Both the position numbers and the translations under genes were made by a program. Below are positions 57,933-64,000 of a stretch of 64,000 bases of DNA, in pieces. Position 1 is the first letter of the stretch. Every line of letters starts with the position of its first letter. The stretch covers positions 11,047 to 75,046 of the IMG/VR virus record IMGVR_UViG_3300046408_000009. One strand, written 5' to 3'. This stretch comes from a virus. Lineage: Duplodnaviria; Caudoviricetes. Under the pieces are notes generated by a model. That model saw only the letters and a list, made by a program, of their open reading frames with translations. It made no database searches and was not told the DNA's origin.

Positions 57933-60251
57933 CTAGACATGCAACGCGGGCCACGTCAAAGAACTTTCGCGAATTTTCCAGCCCCATAAAATGCGCCCGC
58001 CTTTGTTGTGGTCACGCGTAGTTGGCATTTTGCGTTCTTCGAGGTCCTTAGTGAGTGCTCGCTGGGACCACGGGTGTTCACCCACGTTTTGCATCCACAT
58101 TTCATATTTGGAATAGACGTCGCTCATTTTCACAAAATCAGTGGGTAGCCCCTGCTCCAAAGTCTCAGAGATGAACAGCCCAATGATGTCTTGTTGATCC
58201 TTCCACTGCTCCGTGATGGCCTCCACCATCGCCGGGATGGGGTCGATGCCTTGACGCTGATAGATGGCGCACCCCTCAACGAAAAATGCTAACGCGGCTT
58301 GCATGAATGACGAATTAGGATCGTGCACCTCAGCACCCAGTGAGACATTCTGTTCCCACGATTGCAACTCGCGATAGAACGGCACGATCACCACGCGATC
58401 CTGTAGGGCTTTGTCGTTGGTACTGGGAACGTGGTTGGTGGCCACGAACAACGAGTGCGACGGATTGAACTGGAAGGGGTTGCGGTACTTGTAGCACCCG
58501 GTCAGCGTGTCACCGCCCGTGAGCAACTTCAACGAACTTTCCGCTAAGTGCCCATTGCCGGGTGGTTCGTCACTGACCACCACGCGCATGCCGTACATGC
58601 GAGCCACTTCGTGCTGGGGCATGCCGCCACCAAACTTGTTGCCCATCAAGAACTCTGGCATCAAGAACATCGCGTAATCACCCATCATGGTTTGCAAGAT
58701 ATTCATGAACGTCGTCTTACCAGTGTTCTTGGGTCCGTAGGCAATGTAGAGAGACTTTTCCTGGGACATTCCGATCATCATCGAACCGACCACGCGTTGG
58801 ATATACGAGATCAGTTCCTCGTCCCCACTAAAGGTGCCACTCATATACTGAGAGAATCGTTCATCGCTGTAGCCGCGCTGAAACGCCACGCGAGTTTTCT
58901 TCATGCAAAGATCGTCGCGTCGGTGCTCGTAACCGTCGCCGGATCGTAGGTCGATGGTGCAATTTGCAGCGGCCATGATGTAGGGGTTGGCGTCGAACGC
59001 CGTGATGTGCTGCACGATGCGCGGATCACTCTGGGCCATCTTGATCATGCTGTCGATGCGCCCGCGTGAGTTGCTTTGAAATGCCCACTTCAAAGTGGCT
59101 TGTTTCTCGTCTTCGATGAGTCCCGCTGCCCGCGCTTGCATGATGCGTACAGTGTCTTTAGCCACCTCATTGATGGCGTGTCCCTTGTCCTCTTGCCAGG
59201 TGCCCCCACTCCACTGGCACCACTCCAGTTCTGGGGTCCATACCCACTCGCCCTTGGTGTGCTCTACGAGCAATCTGCCGTTCCCGACGTCCGTGAGGGT
59301 CCCAGTACCCGCTAAACCGCTCTCAGGGGCTTTTGCAGGCCGATCCTGACCTTCTGGTGCCGTGCCGTTGCGGTGCTCGTTGGGGTTCCAATCAATTACC
59401 GGATCAGGGTCAACTTTGGGGTCCTCATAGACCCGACGCAGTTTGCCGTACGCAACCTCTAGCGGGAACTCGTTGCCGGGGGGTTGCTCAGTAAGTTCCC
59501 AGATTCGTTTGGTCTCCGCTACGGCATCTTCGGGTGAGTAATTGAGTTTCTTCAGTTCGAACGCGAGCGTGTTAAAGAACTCGTCTCGGTATCCCGCCTG
59601 CGCTCCATAGATTTTGGCCTCACGAAAGACGGTTGACGGGGCACCCGGTGTTCGCGTCGACTCGTACGCTCCACCACTCTTGGACTGCATCAGTTTCTGG
59701 GCCAGGAGATCGGGGAGGGGTGCGGGCTGTCGAGGGTCACCCACGAGTTGGTAGCGGCGTCCTGAACGGTGCAGACTCGACGGTAAAACGACATACCCAC
59801 CCTGCGCCTTGACGTCGTTACTGGGTTGATACCCATTCATTGATTTGATCTTGTGCTCACCAGCGGCGTAGAAGAACTGCTCACCACCACCACCCGTACG
59901 TTGGTGCAACGTATCGGGAAGATCGTTCAGCCCAAATCCGGCGCACCAGTTGAGAAGGTTCGTGGTGCCGTCGTCACCGTCACAGTCGAGTACGACCAAA
60001 CCACTGCGGCCACAGTCGACCCCGATGTTGGCGAATGGAGCCTGCGCCCACCACGCGGCTATTTGTGCCGATGAGTTGGACGCCGAATTATGTCCGTTGG
60101 GGGCAAGTGCAGTATACGGGTGTTTGCCAGCATTTTTGCAGTCGAGATTTCCGCACGTGCATTTGAGATCGTCCGTAATACTGTGGACTGGAAAGAGAAA
60201 CCAATGGAATGTATCGACCCACCAGCGTGCGTAAGGCTCGTTTGAGTCCAT
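57933..60251 (-). CDS. Bifunctional Prim-Pol primase + D5/P4-type SF3 helicase
   Basis: GKHP, NIGVDCG...LVVLDCD, YVVLPSSLH (Prim-Pol); GPKNTGKTTF, VVSDEP, ATNHVP (SF3). Confidence 0.93.
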   Translation of the reverse strand: MDSNEPYARWWVDTFHWFLFPVHSITDDLKCTCGNLDCKNAGKHPYTALAPNGHNSASNSSAQIAAWWAQAPFANIGVDCGRSGLVVLDCDGDDGTTNLLNWCAGFGLNDLPDTLHQRTGGGGEQFFYAAGEHKIKSMNGYQPSNDVKAQGGYVVLPSSLHRSGRRYQLVGDPRQPAPLPDLLAQKLMQSKSGGAYESTRTPGAPSTVFREAKIYGAQAGYRDEFFNTLAFELKKLNYSPEDAVAETKRIWELTEQPPGNEFPLEVAYGKLRRVYEDPKVDPDPVIDWNPNEHRNGTAPEGQDRPAKAPESGLAGTGTLTDVGNGRLLVEHTKGEWVWTPELEWCQWSGGTWQEDKGHAINEVAKDTVRIMQARAAGLIEDEKQATLKWAFQSNSRGRIDSMIKMAQSDPRIVQHITAFDANPYIMAAANCTIDLRSGDGYEHRRDDLCMKKTRVAFQRGYSDERFSQYMSGTFSGDEELISYIQRVVGSMMIGMSQEKSLYIAYGPKNTGKTTFMNILQTMMGDYAMFLMPEFLMGNKFGGGMPQHEVARMYGMRVVVSDEPPGNGHLAESSLKLLTGGDTLTGCYKYRNPFQFNPSHSLFVATNHVPSTNDKALQDRVVIVPFYRELQSWEQNVSLGAEVHDPNSSFMQAALAFFVEGCAIYQRQGIDPIPAMVEAITEQWKDQQDIIGLFISETLEQGLPTDFVKMSDVYSKYEMWMQNVGEHPWSQRALTKDLEERKMPTTRDHNKGGRILWGWKIRESSLTWPALHV

Positions 60252-60394
60252 CGTCCCTCATCTTCAGTCAACGTCAGTTGGGCTATTAAAACTACCACCG
60301 TATTCACCGTGAGTTAGGATGAGCGAGTGGCTATTAGGGGGTCACTTGTAAGTGCGTGGCGGGTCATTTTTGCGTGACCCGCCGCGACTTGCAG

Positions 60395-60577
60395 TTACTT
60401 CGAGTTGACATCCCGCGTGATGTTCGTGCCGCTAATTCGCGGAGGGTGAACGGGGAACGCACTCGGATTCAACAGTTCTACGTCGCAGTCAGCACTGTTG
60501 TTGTTGACGTGTATCCATGGACCACCCGCTAATTGCATCTGGGCGATTCCACATGACGGACACGTACGCTCTTGCAC
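60395..60577 (-). CDS. Small CxxC hypothetical protein
   Basis: Coupled to the upstream gene. Confidence 0.5.
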   Translation of the reverse strand: MQERTCPSCGIAQMQLAGGPWIHVNNNSADCDVELLNPSAFPVHPPRISGTNITRDVNSK

Positions 60578-61201
60578 CTACACAGCGTATCGCCGCGTGA
60601 CGCCGTTCTCACCCTTAGAGGATTCGATCTTGCCTTCGTCCTTCAGACGACGAATGGAATGGTACGCGATCCCCAGCGGCGCGGCGATAGCCTCAGCGAT
60701 CTCAACGTCAGTGATGCCAACCTTTTTGCTGGCGGTGATGATCGCCAAAACCTTGTCGTCACGTTCCGCCACTCGCGCGTGCTTTTTGGCACCATTGGTC
60801 GCGGCGATACTCTTCGGGGCAACCGCCTTGACCGGGACAGTCTTGGGGGCCACCGTCTTTTTCACGGGTGCCTTCTTCGCAGCCAGAGCCTTCTTCGCGG
60901 GAGCAGCCTTTTTTGCAGGCACACCCTTGCTCGCGGGAATCTTTCTCGCGAGCGCAGCCTTCTTCGCCGGAGCCTTTTTAGTTGGTGACGGTGTCACGTT
61001 CGTACTGCCTTTCTTTTTGGTGTTGGTAAGAGTCCACTCATCATCAATAACCACCACTCTGCCCTGCTCCATCAATTCACCTAGGGCTTCGAGCACCTTA
61101 GGTTTCGTGAGCATGGTGTTATGAGAAAGTTTCTCAACGGTCATCGTCGCTCGCGTAAATGCAGAGAAGACGATGGTGGCATTAGATGGTGCTGGACTCA
61201 A
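60578..61201 (-). CDS. Winged-helix / histone-H1-like (PAKK) linker / winged-helix protein
   Basis: N-terminal VLEALGELMEQGRV; PAKKA repeats; C-terminal ITDVEIAEAI...SIRRLKDEGKIES. Confidence 0.75.
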   Translation of the reverse strand: MSPAPSNATIVFSAFTRATMTVEKLSHNTMLTKPKVLEALGELMEQGRVVVIDDEWTLTNTKKKGSTNVTPSPTKKAPAKKAALARKIPASKGVPAKKAAPAKKALAAKKAPVKKTVAPKTVPVKAVAPKSIAATNGAKKHARVAERDDKVLAIITASKKVGITDVEIAEAIAAPLGIAYHSIRRLKDEGKIESSKGENGVTRRYAV

Positions 61202-61259
61202 TTGTCATTCCTTTGTCGAACATCTTTATCTGCAATCCTATCATGCAAATTGCAATTTG

Positions 61260-61297
61260 TAAAACAGAACTGGCCGGTCCACGGATGGACCGACCAG
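61260..61297 (-). terminator. Intrinsic terminator after SSB
   Basis: 12-bp stem CTGGTCGGTCCA-TCCG-TGGACCGGCCAG followed by TTCTGTTTT. Confidence 0.8.
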
Positions 61298-61315
61298 TCC
61301 TATTTGCAAAATCCC

Positions 61316-62143
61316 CTAGAACGCCGGGGGCGCGGGCGGTGCAGGCGGCATCGGGGGTGCTGGTGCCACAGGTGCGGGAGTGATCGGGGGTGCCCACGTC
61401 GACCCATTCCACACCCAACCCGCAGCCTGTTCCGCTGGCCACGTCCACGCATTGTTCACCAGTTCCATACCGCTCGCGGGATCGAACACCCGTGACGCCG
61501 GAGCCGGTGCGGGAGCCGTTACTGGGGCTGCCGGAGCCATGGGTGGTGCAGGCGGTGCAGGCGGTGCAGGCGGTGCTGGTGCCGGAGCCATTGGAGCCAC
61601 CGGGGGTGCCAAGGGTGCAGCCGCTGCGGGCTGTGCCTGCGGAAATGGCGGTGGCGGAGCAGGAGCCGTAACCGGAGCCGCGACGGGCGGTACCCCCAAC
61701 GGTGCCGGAGCGGGAACCGCAGCCGGAGCCGTACCGCCGGGCAACTGCGACGGGGAAAAACCGTTGAGTTTGTTCCGTTCTTCGCCCTGGTACGGCTCAA
61801 TTGCGATGCTCACGTGCACCAACTTGCCGACCAAGTTTTCTGCGACCTGCTGAGGCGTGGGGTTGCGCCGGAAGAAATCGGCATCGAGTCCGTGGGCCTT
61901 CATGTGTCGGAAGAAGAATCCCATTGATTGCGAACTCTCCGGTGACAGCGTGAAGTTATTGAACACCGGACGTCCGACGTACGGCCCGATCAGAATGTTG
62001 TAGCGAGCCACAATCATGTCCTTGCCGTTGCCGGTTTGCTTAACCGTCGCCGTACCCACCTGTACTTCGTATTCGCCTGCGGGCACTGGCTGAACACCAA
62101 CGTCCGCATCTTGGAGGAGTTGTCCCCAGTTGTAATCAGCCAT
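61316..62143 (-). CDS. DUF669-type single-stranded DNA-binding protein with Pro/Ala-rich tail
   Basis: PVPAGEYEVQV, GKDMI, GRPVFNNF, EPYQGEERNKL; ends PPAF. Confidence 0.85.
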   Translation of the reverse strand: MADYNWGQLLQDADVGVQPVPAGEYEVQVGTATVKQTGNGKDMIVARYNILIGPYVGRPVFNNFTLSPESSQSMGFFFRHMKAHGLDADFFRRNPTPQQVAENLVGKLVHVSIAIEPYQGEERNKLNGFSPSQLPGGTAPAAVPAPAPLGVPPVAAPVTAPAPPPPFPQAQPAAAAPLAPPVAPMAPAPAPPAPPAPPAPPMAPAAPVTAPAPAPASRVFDPASGMELVNNAWTWPAEQAAGWVWNGSTWAPPITPAPVAPAPPMPPAPPAPPAF

Positions 62144-62168
62144 CTTTCATCTCTTTCTGTTTGGTTAG

Positions 62169-62912
62169 TTACTGCGTTACTTGTTGCGATAAGGAAGGGT
62201 AAATGTCATAGAGCATTTGCGTGATGTTGGGGTAATCCACGATCATGGGCAACCGACCCTGCACACGCTCACCGGCTTCGAACTGATCATTGGGCCGCGT
62301 CCACATCCGTCGTGCCTGTTGACCAGTGAACTGATTGTTGGCGTCGACCACGTTCTCCACGAAAAGATACCCGCAGATGTCGACCCAGTAGGGCAACGAG
62401 TCCACGATCTGGCCCTGCATGGTGGGAACCTTTTTGGTCCCGGCCTTGTTGTCGCGCGACTCCGAGACAAACACTACGACCTGGAGTGGGTTAGTGGGGT
62501 GGCGCGTGAGGTTACGCATGTCGCGGATCATCTTGTCCATCTCGCGCAGGAGTTTGCCCCAGTCAGCCATCTTCATCTGCTCGTTGCCCACGAGATTGGT
62601 CATCAGTTGTCGCTGAAGTTCAGTGATCGAATCAAGCACCAGACTGCGGAAGTGATGCTCGCCACTGGCCAGCCACGCGTATACCTGCACGACGTGTTGC
62701 CACGTCAACACGGTGACGTGGCACACGTCCCACGTACCGTCGTAGACGGGCGGAGCAACGGATGGGTTCCAGTCGATTCTGCGAAGTGCCAGAAATTTCC
62801 AACCACCTTCGGCGTCGAGCACCAGGATCGGTGCGGGTGATGTCGCGGCCAATGTTGTCTTACCGACTTTCGATGGTCCGTGGATCAAAATTGAAAGCGT
62901 CTCTATCATCAT
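62169..62912 (-). CDS. AAA_24 (Sak4-like) ATPase/recombinase
   Basis: GPSKVGKTT, ILVLDAEGG, SLVLDSITE, DWG. Confidence 0.88.
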   Translation of the reverse strand: MMIETLSILIHGPSKVGKTTLAATSPAPILVLDAEGGWKFLALRRIDWNPSVAPPVYDGTWDVCHVTVLTWQHVVQVYAWLASGEHHFRSLVLDSITELQRQLMTNLVGNEQMKMADWGKLLREMDKMIRDMRNLTRHPTNPLQVVVFVSESRDNKAGTKKVPTMQGQIVDSLPYWVDICGYLFVENVVDANNQFTGQQARRMWTRPNDQFEAGERVQGRLPMIVDYPNITQMLYDIYPSLSQQVTQ

Positions 62913-64000
62913 TCCGTCTTTTCGTCAGTGTCAGTTGCAACATAGTAGTGATCGTGAACATCGTGAGTCTCAAAATATTCTGCCAGCATTTCCTCAGACG
63001 CCGAGCCGTCATCGAACATGGGGCATACCGCGAGAAAGTCACAGTCCCACGAGCAGTCACGCGTGGGATTGGGATACGCGACTTGGCGGGGATCGTAGTC
63101 CGCGTCTAACTTCTCGCGCAGTTGCAGAATGTCTTCCACCTCACCGTAGACACGAAGCCAGTACGACTGCATATCGTTTTGGTTGTGCCGCACCTCGACG
63201 CGTGAGTAGAACGGTGGCTTGGCGTTAGCCGTGCGCTTCACCTTGCGAAGCATATTGTAGAGACCACCCACCGCGTGCTCCTGGATATCAGTTCCGTTTT
63301 CGAGGAACTGCAAATACTCCAAGAGTTGGTACTGCAAAAGTTGCTCGTCCATGTGCAACGTGGGAACGTCGAGACTCTGCACAGATTTGTGGTCAAGGAA
63401 GAGACGCAGTTTGTCAGTGACGCGCTTGATACGCAGGTCCAATTTTCCGACGAGCACAACTGCTATTCCGCGAATGGTGGTGAAGTTGACTTCGACCACC
63501 TCCTCGTTACCGACGATCTCTATACCGTCATCGACGCCGAGTTCTTCGAGCCATTCAAGGTACCCTTCGAGCATGATGCGACAGAGTTCGATGTCCTTCT
63601 CAAGGCCCGCGAGTCTTTCGGGGTCGTCGGCTACCTTGGCGCGGTCGATCTCGCAGGCATCATTGAACACCTCCCAGATATCTTCGTCGTTGTAGTAGGC
63701 GGACAGCGCGAGGTGAAGTCGGGTGCCGATGGCGCGAGGTCCCGTAACGTCGGGACGCTTCAGACGCAACTCGCGGTAGTAAGCAAGCCACCATTTACGG
63801 TGACACCGCTTGAATGTTCTGAGTTCGCTGTTGGAGATGTGGTACCCCTCCAACTGGAAGTTGTACTTCTCGCGAATCGTGACCGGTGTCGAATTCAGTA
63901 CTTCGACCACTTCGGTCTTGGCATCGTCATAGGGCACATCAGGGAAACCTTGATCCGGTGCACGATCAGTGTCTTCGAGACTTTCGTCCGTGTAGTAACA
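62909..64000 (-). CDS. PD-(D/E)XK (Cas4-like/RecB-family) exonuclease; frame open to the window edge
   Basis: SNSEL..FKRC.RKWWL, GTRLH, GKLDL...LDHKS, QLLQY, CSWDCDFLAVC. Stays in frame upstream of GTG 63937. Confidence 0.88.
   Translation of the reverse strand, partial: CYYTDESLEDTDRAPDQGFPDVPYDDAKTEVVEVLNSTPVTIREKYNFQLEGYHISNSELRTFKRCHRKWWLAYYRELRLKRPDVTGPRAIGTRLHLALSAYYNDEDIWEVFNDACEIDRAKVADDPERLAGLEKDIELCRIMLEGYLEWLEELGVDDGIEIVGNEEVVEVNFTTIRGIAVVLVGKLDLRIKRVTDKLRLFLDHKSVQSLDVPTLHMDEQLLQYQLLEYLQFLENGTDIQEHAVGGLYNMLRKVKRTANAKPPFYSRVEVRHNQNDMQSYWLRVYGEVEDILQLREKLDADYDPRQVAYPNPTRDCSWDCDFLAVCPMFDDGSASEEMLAEYFETHDVHDHYYVATDTDEKTE

Noticed and set aside
62909-64000. Cas4-like nuclease as evidence of a CRISPR system
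   Set aside because: It lies in the standard exonuclease-AAA_24-SSB phage recombination module, with no cas1/cas2 or array.

Overview
The window is a 64 kb slice of a contractile-tailed (myovirus-type) dsDNA phage genome, transcribed almost entirely on the minus strand. The host is probably an actinobacterium (inference from the Rpf-type transglycosylase, leaderless promoters and a Cas4-like exonuclease/AAA_24/DUF669 module). In transcription order (right to left) it contains: (1) recombination/replication genes (PD-(D/E)XK exonuclease, AAA_24 ATPase, DUF669 SSB, double winged-helix/H1-like protein, Prim-Pol/SF3 helicase; 57.9-64 kb); (2) about 21 kb of short early/accessory genes driven by a repeated TTGCAA-N17-TAnnnT promoter carrying TTTGCAAA boxes, including three DNA methyltransferases, an HNH nuclease, a degenerate tRNA-like element, a candidate structured ncRNA and a roughly 700 bp non-coding origin/terminus-like region; (3) thyX, a HerA-like ATPase and a secreted Rpf-like enzyme; (4) TerS-like gene, a membrane/lysis cassette, TerL and a Mu-like portal; (5) a zeta-kinase protein with a SAM-lyase-like C-terminal domain next to MuF, then protease/scaffold, decoration protein and capsid; (6) a 6.8 kb appendage module (FN3-GH16, Vgb-type propeller, 34 x 20-aa repeat protein); (7) neck, sheath, tube, frameshifted chaperone, tape measure, LysM, NlpC/P60 hub and baseplate. 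No integrase, reverse transcriptase or CRISPR array was seen. All family assignments come from motif recognition by eye, not from database searches.
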